Below, one piece after another: positions 1 through 11,395 of a stretch of DNA of 64,000 nt. How positions within the stretch are numbered: position 1 is the stretch's first letter; every line of letters begins with the position of its first letter. A model generated the notes under the pieces. That model did not search any database. It was not told where the DNA came from and worked only from the letters and a program-made list of their open reading frames with translations. Source of the stretch: Macrostomum lignano (lineage: Eukaryota); contig NIVC01003802.1 in the NCBI GenBank assembly GCA_002269645.1, forward strand, positions 12,210 to 76,209, given 5' to 3'. The position numbers and the translations under genes were made by a program.

Positions 1-2645
1 AAAAGCAAATTGAAAAAATCTGATTAAAATTAACAAACCGTTAACAGTAAAATTCACTGAGAATTATTGCGCTTCACTCTACTTTAAGTAGGATCTGTAA
101 GTCATTTACCGTTTTATATAAGACGCATCTTTTTCCACGCATCTTATAAACGAAGAACTGAACACACTCTACTTAGAAGTAACAAGCAATATGAATACAG
201 GAATCCAAAATGAATGACATCAGGTTATACTAACGAAAATGTTGCAATCCAAGTTTTTTTCACAAAAATATTGTATTCACTATATTAACTTCGCACTGCA
301 TTAGCGACTGACTTTTTGGTCAGAAAACACTGCAAACAAAACTGCTACAGATTCAAAGCTCGTTTTTTATCCAGGATTTTCCGAGCTAGATAGAGTACGG
401 AAAAAAATTAACGAACTCCCCATTAGTTAATTGCAAAATAAACACACAGAGTTGTCCAAATTATCCGAGTTGAAGGCGTCACCCTAAGTACATGCCACTC
501 ATCTATAGATGCAAATGCAGCAGTACTATTTAAATATAAATTTACTCTAACGGAAAGATCTCTGTAAATAAAATTCTGAATTTTAACGTGCATTATTGGA
601 GAATAAGTTTAATCAAGCCTTCTAAAATCTGCGGGAAACATTTTAAATTGTATCATTGAATATCAATAAAAAAATTTCCCTGGCTACTAAGAGCACTATA
701 TTGAAGCAGACAGACTATTGAGCCAAATGGGATTTAAATCTAAAGTCCTGAATCTTTAGGCTTTCCGGAGTGCAGAAAAACAAAACAAAACAAAAATTAT
801 CGGCTGAATTTTACTCGATGAATCAACTTGAGATGGCCAGACACGCTATTTGGTTACTTGAACGAAGCGCAGTTTCACTTCTAGGTTAAGAACACAATTA
901 ACAGTATTAAGCGCTTATACATTCAACTTAAAAAGTAACTTAACAGACTCAAGCACACAAATTACAAGCACACCTTAACTTAAATAAACCTTCAATTAAA
1001 ACTCCCAAATAAGGATTGCATCAATATCTTGATTCCTTCGAGGTTCTTACAGTGCATGGCTTATTATGAAGTCAGTAAGGAAATTGAGGATTTAGAGGGA
1101 GAGATCTGTTGACTTAACTAAGGGATCTTGGTCTGTGTAGAACATAGGAACGTGTCAATACGCTCGTAGGCTCTGATGAAATTCAGAATCACCCACATGT
1201 CGTCACACTGCTATTCGATCGAGGGTTTCGAATTGAGCAGCGGTCGGAAACCGGGGTCTGGGGCCGGAGAATGTCGAAAAGCTTCGCAGTCCTAAAAATA
1301 ATCCATGCTCGTACTGCCGCATTAGCGCGCACGCACTAAAACAAATTATTATATTAAATCAAATTAAGAGTTCTTAAATATATTCAATGCACTTTATGCA
1401 TATATACCAATTGGAGTTATTAGTAAAACAAATATTACTGGTTAATAAATTTTGGTCTACTACATACAATACGAGCTTTCTAAGTCGCAAGCACGGAGAA
1501 AAGAAGTCCCACCGAGCAGAACGGTGAGACTTAAATTAAGCCTACTCTGTTTCAGCTCAATTTCGTTTCTTTTTTTAGTTGAGACTCCGGCAATCAATTA
1601 GGAAAATTGTCTTGCGCGGTCCTGCTTGAACGAAGAAAATCCAAGTTGTAGACCGTCTTTAATTAGTTGATCAAGTTACAGGGCCCTTGTTTCCAAAAAC
1701 GCTTTCTCTAATTGTTCTCTTTGTCAGCCATTCGAGGTGAAATCTGATATCACACAGTCTTTTGTTCAAACTGCATTCGGTTTGGCCAGATAACTTTCCT
1801 TTGTCAGCTAGAAGCAATTATCAGCAATTATGTAATTTTATACGCAGCGACCGAACTTCGCATTAGTTGACGTTAGCAACTGCAATTTAGCACAAATGTT
1901 TTCCAGAAATGCAGATGCATCAGATGACAGTGTCGTTATTTTTCTCATTTTGATGACGAGAAATAGCCTTTTTCTTACTTTGGAATTAGCTATATGGTTT
2001 AACTCTATCGATGTGACTCATGTTTCCACCGCGAAACCAGGGGCGTTCCATAGCGGAATGGGCGCCCGCGCCTTCCCGCTGTGTCCCCTCCGGGACAGCC
2101 CTGCAGCTAAGTCAGGGGCGTTCCACATTGAGGCCTCTGGTTGCTACGTCGCATCTGTTTGTCCCTGTTTTAATAGAGCTTTGATGAATCAACAAGACAG
2201 ATTAAGCACAAGTGAAAAGACCTTCATTTTATGCTGATGCCATTTGCTAAGCTTACGAGTATTCTGCGCTTTCTCGTATATTATAAATTTTCGAGAATAT
2301 ATCGAACTGGAGAGCTAAACAGTCATTGTATTTTTGTACGAGTATTTTTGTCTTTTACTCGAAGTTTTGTCTGTTTGCGGCGCTGTAAACCGAAATAGTG
2401 TGGTAATAGAGTCTCTAAGTGAAGCAACGACAAGCTACTACGTGTGCTGAAACTAAATTACTACAATAAATTAAATGAGAAGTCGCTAACGTAACTAGAC
2501 TAAACAACTAAATTACTAAAACTACTGAATTACTAAAGTAAAGACTAATTCTACTACACTTAACTAGTTAATATAAAATAGGTTTCTTCTGTTTTTACTG
2601 CTAGATTGCATCCGTTGCGGTCACTGCCAACAAAATTCAGAAACA

Positions 2646-3720
2646 TCAGCCACTGGTTGATGACCTACTAGACTTAAAGGCCGTGAATTTGATCACTCGC
2701 AAGTAAGATGCTCGGAACTCAGCATTTAATAGACCATAAACTATGGCGTTCATGCTGCTATTAAAAAATGACATCCACACCGAGTACTTGTGAAACATAT
2801 TGGACAGGTGGATATCCATCTTTTCAGTGATCACTTGAACCAAATACGGCACCCAGCAGGCGTTAAACACCAGGAAAGCCACCATGATCGTAAAAATGGC
2901 CCTCCTCTCGTCCCTGCTCAATGTTGTATCGGCCGATTCACCCAAGTTAGCCTTGATCCGATAGAGTTTCCAGAAAATTGCTCCGTAAGCAAAGCAGGAG
3001 ATGCACAGTGGCAGAAACACTCCGAATGCAGCTAGCATGAAGGTAGCCGAGAACACATACTTCTCGTCGTAGTTGAAGCACGCGAAGGCATCGGCAAGGT
3101 AGGTAAAGTTATCCGTAGCTCCTTCTACGCCACTGTAGATAAACCAAATCACCCAAATCAGTAAAATTATTAGCAGCGTCGATCGACCCGTGAAAATTCT
3201 GTCATAAAGGTGACGCTTGATAACGAAGCAATATCTGAAAGGGAGATTTTTTGGAGTTTAGAAAGTCTACAGAGATAAAAGAATATTTTTGAAACAAATT
3301 TTCATCTAACCTATTCAGAGCAATCGCACAGAAGTTGCTGTTCGATATGCCAGTGCAAGCGAATGATACGAAAGCATTAAATATGCATTGCGCATCAGTG
3401 AATATGTTCTTATTAGAGATGCGAGCAGAGAGCACACACGGCAGGACATATCCGCTAACGAGCAGGTCGGCAGAGGCAATGCTCAGTATAAAATAGTATT
3501 GCGGCTTCTGCATTCGTTTTGTTGTCAGAATGCTAATGATCAGCAGCAGGTTTCCAATAACGCCAATAGCGATAAAGATCGATAAAACTACGCAGTCGCC
3601 AATCTTGTCAGCTAAGACGTCCGGCATTGGACAGGCGAACTCATCTCTGTGGTGATCGTCCTCCTCCTCAATGCAGTCCCTTGGCGCCACCGTAGTGGAG
3701 GTTTCGTTGTCAGCCTCCAT
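2646..3720 (-). CDS. Class A (rhodopsin-family) GPCR, NRY-type (melatonin-receptor/Moody/Tre1-like), copy 1; 2 exons, ~332 aa
   Basis: Exons 3720-3311 and 3234-2646, with a 76-nt GT..AG intron joining ...AIALNR|YCFVIKRH. Motifs: TM1 GN, TM2 LASADLL, TM3 NRY, TM6 CWVPY, TM7 NAIVY. Frame is continuous (999 nt). Confidence 0.9.
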
Positions 3721-4296
3721 AGCCTGTCGATCTGATGCCGGATCTTTGGGTCTGCCAATCGCGTTATTATTATTTTATATGACTTCAGCACAGCTCAGAC
3801 ACAGTGCTGCTATCCAATAAGACCATAGCTCAGTCGTTGGGGTAGACAAACTCAGACAGTAAATATGAACCAATGGCAAATATAGTGTTTGATTTGTTTT
3901 ACAGAGATGAGGAAGAGATTCTGACAGTGAAAAACAACAGTTTAAACTAATTTACTTAGGCAAAGCGGATGTACCATATGCATGAACGCGATGCCTTTAT
4001 TTTTGTGCTTTTACGGGTCTGTCTAAGGTAAATCTACATCCGGAACTGTCCTGCAAGCGTCAAATCATAGCGCTATACAGCTGGTTCGTATATACTCATA
4101 TTAGGCTTAAGTCAAAATGGCTGCTTTCTACAGCTTGAGTGAGCTAAACTATAAAAAACTACATGCAGAAGCAAGCAGCTACGAGCTAAAACGAATGACT
4201 ATAGTTGCTTTAGTCAAAAAAATATGCGGTTTTTGCAGTCCCAAGCTGCATAAAGATTGGTTTCATTCACTGTAGGTAATGTCAGTGAATCAAAAC

Positions 4297-5369
4297 TCAG
4301 GCTCTTGTCGACGATGGTCTAGCCTTGAAGGCCTTGAATTTGATCACTCGCATGTAAGACGCGCGAAAGTCGGCATTTAGCAAACCATAAACTATGGTGT
4401 TCATGCTGCTGTTAAAAAATGACATCCAGACCGAGTACTTGTGAAACATTTCTGTGAGATCGACTTCCATCTTTTCAGCTATAGCCTGAACCAAATACGG
4501 CACCCAGCAGGAGTTAAACACCAGGAAAGCCACCATGATCGTAAAAATGGCCCTCCTTTCGTCTCTGCTCAATGTGGTTTCGATTGATTCACCCAGGCTC
4601 GTCTTGATCCGATAGAGTTTCCAGAAAATTGCTCCGTAAGCAAAGCAGGAGATGCACAGCGGCAGAAGCACTCCGAATACAGCCAGCATGAAGGTAGCAG
4701 AGAACACGCTTTTCTCGTGGAAGTTGAAGCATACGAAGGCGTCAGTAAGGTAAATGTAGTTACCTGTTGCACCTTTCACAGCACTGTAGATAAACCAAAT
4801 TACCCAAATCAGTAAAGTTATAAGCAGCGTTGATCGGCCCGTAAAGATTCTGTTATAAATGTGACGCTTTATAACAAAGCAGCATCTGCGGGTAAGAAGC
4901 TTATGAATCTTAGAAACTCTAGGAATTAGAAAAAATACTGTGAAACAAAATTTTCACCTAACCTGTTCAGAGCAATCGCACAGAAGTTGCTGTTCGATAC
5001 GCCAGTGCAAGCAATTGACACGAAAGCATTGAATATGCATTGCGCATCAGTGAATATGTTCTTATTAGAGATGCGAGCACAGAGCACACACGGCAGGACA
5101 TATCCGCTAACGAGCAGGTCGGCAGAAGCAATGCTCAGTATAAAATAGTATTGCGGCTTCTGCATTCGTTTTGTTGTCAGAATGCTAATGATCAGCAGCA
5201 GGTTTCCAATAACGCCAATAGCGATAAAGATCGATAAAACTACGCAGTCGCCAATCTTGTCAGCTAAGACGTCCGGCATTGGACAGGCGAACTCATCTCT
5301 GCTGTGCTCGTTCTCCCCGGTGCAGTCCCTCTGCGTCACCGTAGTGGAGGTTTCGTTGTCAGCCTCCAT
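4297..5369 (-). CDS. Class A GPCR, tandem paralogue (copy 2); 2 exons, ~331 aa
   Basis: Exons 5369-4963 and 4885-4297, intron at the same position as copy 1. The junction reads ALNR|CCFVIKRH. Same MEADNETST N-terminus; an alternative upstream ATG lies at 5390. Confidence 0.9.
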
Positions 5370-5560
5370 GGTCTGCCGTTCTAATCTCATAAGTCTGATT
5401 TATGTGAGGACGGCAGTTTGCAATATTTATATGTTCTAAGCACAACAAACAGGCCGCAAGCCAATAGGGCCGTAGTTAAGGCGTTGGGGACAGGCACAGC
5501 CGCAAATTATCGACCAATGGTAGAGTGCGTTGTTCCTATTATTCCTATCAATCCTATCAA

Positions 5561-5931
5561 CTAACCAATCAACCAACCAACCAACCAACCAACCAACCAA
5601 CCAACCAACCAACCAACCAACCAACCAACCAACCAACCAACCAACCAACCAACCAACCAACCAACCAACCAACCAACCAAACAACCAACCAAACAACCAA
5701 CCAAACAACCAACCAACCAACCAACCAACCAACCAACCAACCAACCAACCAACCAACCAACCAACCAACCAACCAACCAACCAACCAACCAACCAACCAA
5801 CCAACCAACCAACCAACCAAACAACCAACCAACCAACCAACCAACCAACCAACCAACCAAACAACCAACCAACCAACCAACCAAACAACCAACCAACCAA
5901 CCAACCAACCAACCAACCAACCAACCAACCA
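5561..5931. repeat. (ACCA)n tetranucleotide microsatellite with ACAA variants
   Basis: Direct reading; explains the spurious PTNQ/LVGW ORFs. Confidence 0.98.
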
Positions 5932-7190
5932 ATCTCTACTTTTTTCTTATCTCATATATTATCTCGTCTTTTCTCTTCTCCTCTCTCCTCCTTGCTCTCT
6001 TATCTCATCTCTCCTCTCCACTTTTCTCTCTCATCTTTCCTCTATCCTCTCCTCTCTTTATTATCTCCTCTCTATTCTCTCTCCCCTCCTTTCACTCCCA
6101 TCTCTCCTCGCTTCACTATTCTCTCCTCTTTTCTCTCTACTCTCTTCTCTCTCTACTCTCTTCTCTCTCTTCCCTTTCCTCTCTTCTCTTTCCTCCCTTT
6201 TCCCTCTCCCCTCTCTCCCTCTGCTCCCGCTTCTCTCTCCCTATTCTCTGGCCTATCTCTCCTCTCCTCTGTACTCATCTCTAAGTTGGTCTCTCCTTCC
6301 TCTTCTCCTCTTATTTTTCCTATCTTTTCTTTTCGCTCTCCTATCTTCTCTCTTCTCTACTCTCTTATATATCCTCTCTCCTTTCTACTCTCTTATCTAT
6401 CGTCTCACCTCTCCCCCCTCTCCCCTCTTCTCCTATCTTATCTCTTCTTTCTCATTTCTCCTCTCCTCTCACCTCTCTCTCCTCTTCTCTCCTTTCTTCT
6501 CTCCTCTGTTCTCTCTCCCTTTTCTCTTCTATCTTCCATTTTCTCTCTTCTCTCCTTCTCCCTCCCCTCTTTCGCCCTTCTCCCCTCTCCTCTCGTTTCT
6601 CTCGCCCATCTTCTCTCTTTCTATCATCTCTCCCCTCTTCTTTCCCGTCTCTCACCTCGCTCAACTCTGCTCTCTTCTCTCTACTCTTTTCTTTCCTCTC
6701 CTCTCTCCTTCCTCTTCTCCTCTTCTTTTTCCCATCTTTTCTCTTCGCTCTCCTATCTTCTCTCTTACTCATTTCTCATCTCTCTCCTCTTCTCTCTATC
6801 TCTCCTCACTTCTATCTTCTCTCCCCTTCTATCTTTTCTCGCTTCGCATTTCTTGTCTCTCCTCTCCTCTGTTTGCTTATCTCTAATCTTTTGTTCCATC
6901 TTCTTTGAGGTAAGACATTCGCCAAAATTTTTGGCTGAAGATTAAAAGGAGAGAAGAGGGGAAAGAAGAGCTAGGGGAGATAGTTGAGAGAGGAGGGAAG
7001 AGTGGAGAGAGGAGAGAAAGGTGGGAGAGGAGGCGAAGAAGTGGGGAGAGAGGAGAGATGGGAAGAGTGTGAAGAGGAAAGAGGAGGGGGAAAGGAGAGG
7101 AGAGAGAGGAAACTGGGATAGAGGAGTGGGGACAGAAAGAGAAAAGAGTTGAGAGAAGAAGGGAGGGAGGAAGGTAGAGGAGGGGATGCA
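5932..7190. repeat. Polypyrimidine (CT-rich) low-complexity tract followed by a polypurine (GA-rich) tract
   Basis: About 950 nt C/T-rich (5932-6885), a ~60-nt spacer, then ~245 nt G/A-rich (6945-7190). Confidence 0.95.
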
Positions 7191-7849
7191 CAATTGCGTT
7201 GAAGAGGTACTACTAACTTTGCTAAAAGTTTCAAAGGACCCGCGGGGCGAGGCGAGGGCCGGGCCGGATAGAGGGGCTTAGCGGTATTTTGCCGACTCCT
7301 GCTCCAGAGTTTAAGAAATCAATGGGAAACTGTTGGCGCCTATTGAAATCTGTTTGACTGATGTCAATGATCTTGTCTGTGGTTGAAGGATTCTATTCTG
7401 GGTTTGCTGCATTGCACTTGCACTCGATCTGCAGGTCTATGCAAAGCTAGGATTTTTCTCTTTTTCAAACCATGGCAGTCTTATTGAATGCTGTCTGGCT
7501 CATCGTACACTATTAAACTGTTTAACTGTTAGGCCTATAGGATAGGACAGTCAGGCAGCTTAAGAACAGTTTGGTTGAGAAATTCTACTGGGGCGCAAAT
7601 AAAGTTGAACTTGAACTTATTCCAAAGTAATGTACATTTGCTATGTACATTGAGCCCTATCGCCTGACCCTTAGTCTGGGGGGAATGAGTTTGGTGAGCC
7701 GCACGAACAACAGAAAAAGCAAACTTCACATGCTTACAGTTTCTGTTCTGATTTAGTTATACAGAGTTGACACTTTTAACAGACAGTATTTAGACAGATC
7801 GAGTAAGTCAATGAAAAATTGTCAAGTTTGAAGTCAACCGCATCAAAGT

Positions 7850-8352
7850 TAGTCAGTTTTTAAACTCATTTAAACTCATTTTTTCTTATTTTAAACTCAT
7901 TTTAAACTCATACCCCCTCTGGGCCAGATCAGGAGAGGCAGGCGGAGGCTGGGGTGGCTGTTTCGCTGACAAAAACAGCCTTAATTTAAAAGTGCACAGC
8001 GCCGTTCAGGATTAATGTTGAGACTCGAAATCTTACACGATCACGATTGTGTCAAAATAGTTGAAGATTGTATGTATTGAATTTGAAGAGGATTGGTGAA
8101 ACTAGAGCGGCGGGCGCTATCGTCGTGTATCATTAGTGAAAAAATCGCGCGTTTTGAGCAGTTTTTTGCACTTTTAGGTAGGAGGAAGACTTGGATTTAG
8201 AAAATTTTAAGGGAGCCTGATGACACTTTCCGTAGTAAGTCTAGGGCGGATGCAAAATTTGGTGTAGTTTGGTTGAGCGGTTTGGGAATCCATAGCGGAA
8301 GTAATTTGTACAGACACACAGATACACAGTTTTGATTTTTATCGTTTAAGAT
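7850..8352 (+). mobile_element. Probable non-autonomous Helitron/Helentron-like (Lep1/HINE-type) element remnant
   Basis: Carries AAATTTGG..GTTTGG..GAATCCATAGCGGA..ACAGACACACAGATACACA..TTTTTATCGTTTAAGAT, which resembles from memory the 3' ends of invertebrate non-autonomous Helitrons. The left boundary is uncertain. Confidence 0.4.
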
Positions 8353-9213
8353 TGAGTTTTTGATTTACAGTATAGTAGAAAGCGTTATGAACAAAAACTT
8401 GAGCAACTTGACCTGAAAATTTTGTTCGTTCGGTTATAAAGAATTCAGACTATATAGCAGCTGACAGTGAATGGAGAGCTAAAAAACTGACAATTACTGA
8501 CTTATCTAACCGGAATCCATTAATGAACCGAAAAATCACTGATCGTTGCTGCAAGCTACATTATAAATTGCTGCATCTCTATCGATTACCGTTGGGATTA
8601 TAGCTCGGGAAACCATTCCGCTCCCATTTTTACAAAGACTAGCCAAGAGCTAGAATCAGTCCTGTGGACAAAAAATCGTTTCTATTTCTACATCTAAAAC
8701 GATGTAGTAAAATGGGATAGGCAAATTCAATGCAAGTTCTAGTTAATTGTAAGACTTTTGACGCTTTGTGAATCAGATTTGAGCAACAAATCGTTTACTC
8801 AGTGTTCCCGTAAAACAATTCTGAGAACGTCGCTGCAGAAATACGAATAAATATCCGTACTACAAACTGCAGTCAATAAAATAGATCGTATTTGGAGAGT
8901 GCATTTCCATTTAGCATTTGGCTGTCTAGTCTATAAAAGCCTTATCTTCTAATTGATTGAAGGCCTACGCACCAATAAAGTACTTTCTGTAGACTGCGAG
9001 CAAAGCAAATAGATAAGCTCGTATTTTAGTTCTTTTTATTTTCTGCTATGGCTTTATTGGTGACAAAAGACTTTAATAGAATTTCTTGAAGTAGACAGAA
9101 CCCTGCAACTAAACTAATAAATTAGTTACTATTATAATTACTAGTAGAAAGTTCCCATGCAAACATATGATAAGTTTGATAGTAGGAGAATAATCTAACT
9201 TAGCATAGCAGTC

Positions 9214-11395
9214 TCAATCGCAGGTGACATTGGCGTTACGCGCCTGAGGCTGTGACTGCGGACGCTGAGCCATCGCCTCATGCAGCGCTGGCAGCGTCTG
9301 CCAGTCAATGAGCAGAGACAGATTGGCACCACCTGGCCACAGAGCGTCGAGCTGCAGCACCAACCTATTGTACAGCTCGGCCGCTAGCAGCTGGTCAGGC
9401 TCGGGATGCAATTCAAACAGCCATTCGTCTGCTGTGCTTAGCAAAAGCATTGCGGCAGTAGCGCAGTCCAGGCACCCTGAACTAGCATTGTCACAATTCT
9501 CGTCAGATGGAAATCCGTCCAGCGATCGGTGAAGAAGGCAGCGAAATTCTGCGAGTACATCGTCGCACGGACGACTGACGTAGCGCCAACAACGTCTGGA
9601 CCTGTCGTGACGAGTTGGTAGTACAATCTATAAACTATTTATAAGCCAGGGACTACTCAATACTCGGGACGGGAAACGACAATATTTGGAGGCCGATCTA
9701 TTAATAACTTAGTCCTCGAAAAGCATCGTTTGGATTAGGTTTTTACCACAGCCACTAACCCGCTGACTGCAAGGTAGAACATATCGAAGTAATGCTTTTC
9801 GAGGACTAAGTTATTAATCGAGCGGCCTCCAAATATTGTCCTTTCCGGTCCCGATCGTATTGAGTAGTCCCTGTTATAAGCATTATGCTAGTCAGGCTGA
9901 GTGAAGCTGACTAGATCATTTTACGGTCTAATAATAAAGCTACATGTAGAAAGCAAGGCTACCATTTTTTCCGCTACAGAAATTCATATACAATAAATAA
10001 AAATGTACTACTGACGGGAAACGAAGCGATTTAAGCAGAAAAATCTTAAAGAGGACTACTTAAAAGTTAGATCTTGCTACCAGTATTGAAAGTAGGCTAT
10101 TCTTTTGTCAAACTAGTCAACATGGATGCTGTAAGGTATGAATTCAAGAAAGGAGCCGTTCTACCTGTGTCTGAGCACAAATACACCGGCAGTCTGCAGC
10201 TGGGAATAGTTGCTCATGTCATTACAACCGCTTTCCGACTTGCTCATTTCCGACTGTAGAATTCTCGCCAGGGTATTGGCCAGGCAATCCAAGTTTGCTA
10301 CAGAGTCGTCAAAAAATTCCAGCCCACCCGTCTCCGAGCGCCACCAGCCACTATGTTGTCGCACGTCTCGTCGGTACTTCAGTCTCTCTTTGGTTTGCGG
10401 CTTTGCGGCCAACTCAGCGGCCATGGCATGGAGGCGATGGCAAGCGTCGTAGTCAGCCTGATGTAACTCGCTGCTACGCTGTCGCAGCTGCTGGCAAAGC
10501 CGGCTAAACTCGCGAACGGCCTCATCGCACCGGTACAACAGGCCTGACTCGTCCGCCTCAAAGGCAATCCGACGCACGTCGTCAAACTGCAGATCGGCAA
10601 GACCCAATCGTCTAGCTTCCATCGCCGTTGCAGCCTCCTCGACAACAGCTAAGTGACTTCGACTCGCGCCGTTCTCTGTGGATCGGCACCAGTCAAGCTC
10701 CCGTAGCTCCTTCAAACAGACAAGGCTCTGATTCAGACTCGAGTTCAGACCACGAGGCCATAGGCAACCTAGACGAAGCATCAGTTCATTTTGCAAAGTC
10801 TGTCGCTCCGCCTCAGAGTCGTCAGCTGCCACGAGGGTCAGCTGCCAGTCGGTCTGACGAGTCAACAGAATCGCTGCACTGACCACTGCATCAGATTCGT
10901 CAAGGCGGCTTTGATCGCTAGTCGAGCTGTCAAGTCCGTCGAAAGCCAGCCAGAGGAGACGCCGCAGCGCCCCAATAAGTTGGTTCTCGTCGCGACCGAC
11001 GTAGGCAAATGCCGGCAGCCGAGCATGACGCAAAGCGAAAACACCCGGCCCGTGAAGGCGTCGCTTTGCCTCCGTAGCCGCTTCTGATAGCCCGGCCGAA
11101 ACGTGCGCTCCAGATTGGCATCGGCTATCTTGGCCTCGGACGGACGGCCCCACCAGCCCGAGCGCTGGCGAATCACCTTGGCGAACGCACGTCTTTCGTC
11201 AGTCGGCGTCTGATTTAGCGCTGACGTGTGTAGCTGCGCCACCCGGACGAGATTGCGCCAATCGTCCTGCTGGAATTGCTGCAAAGGTTTGCCGCTTTGG
11301 ATTCGCTTCTCCAGCTGGTTGTAGACCTCCTGAATGCCCGGTTCCAGGGCTGCCGTGCCTGGAATCAATAGTGCCTTGTTCGTTGATTCGTTCAT
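9214..11395 (-). CDS. Uncharacterised alpha-helical protein with an internal two-fold duplication; one apparent 1-nt frameshift and one putative intron
   Basis: The ORF from 11395 (MNEST...SGWW...TFRP) switches near 11095 into the frame of ORF 11153-10161. A putative phase-1 intron 10228-9477 (weak GTTGTA donor, TTCAG acceptor) joins ...SESG|CLDCATAAMLLL to ORF 9450-9214. Internal repeat homology supports the join. Confidence 0.6.
9647..9873. mobile_element. hAT-superfamily MITE (227 bp)
   Basis: ~80-bp imperfect TIRs (CAGGGACTACTCAATAC... / ...GTATTGAGTAGTCCCTG) flanked by a perfect 8-bp TSD, TTATAAGC (9639-9646 and 9874-9881). 8-bp TSDs and CAG termini are typical of hAT. Confidence 0.92.

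Noticed and set aside
5436-7234. Long ORFs (PTNQ/LVGW repeats, Leu/Ser/Pro-rich, Arg/Glu-rich)
   Set aside because: They are translations of a stop-free microsatellite and low-complexity DNA, open in nearly all frames.
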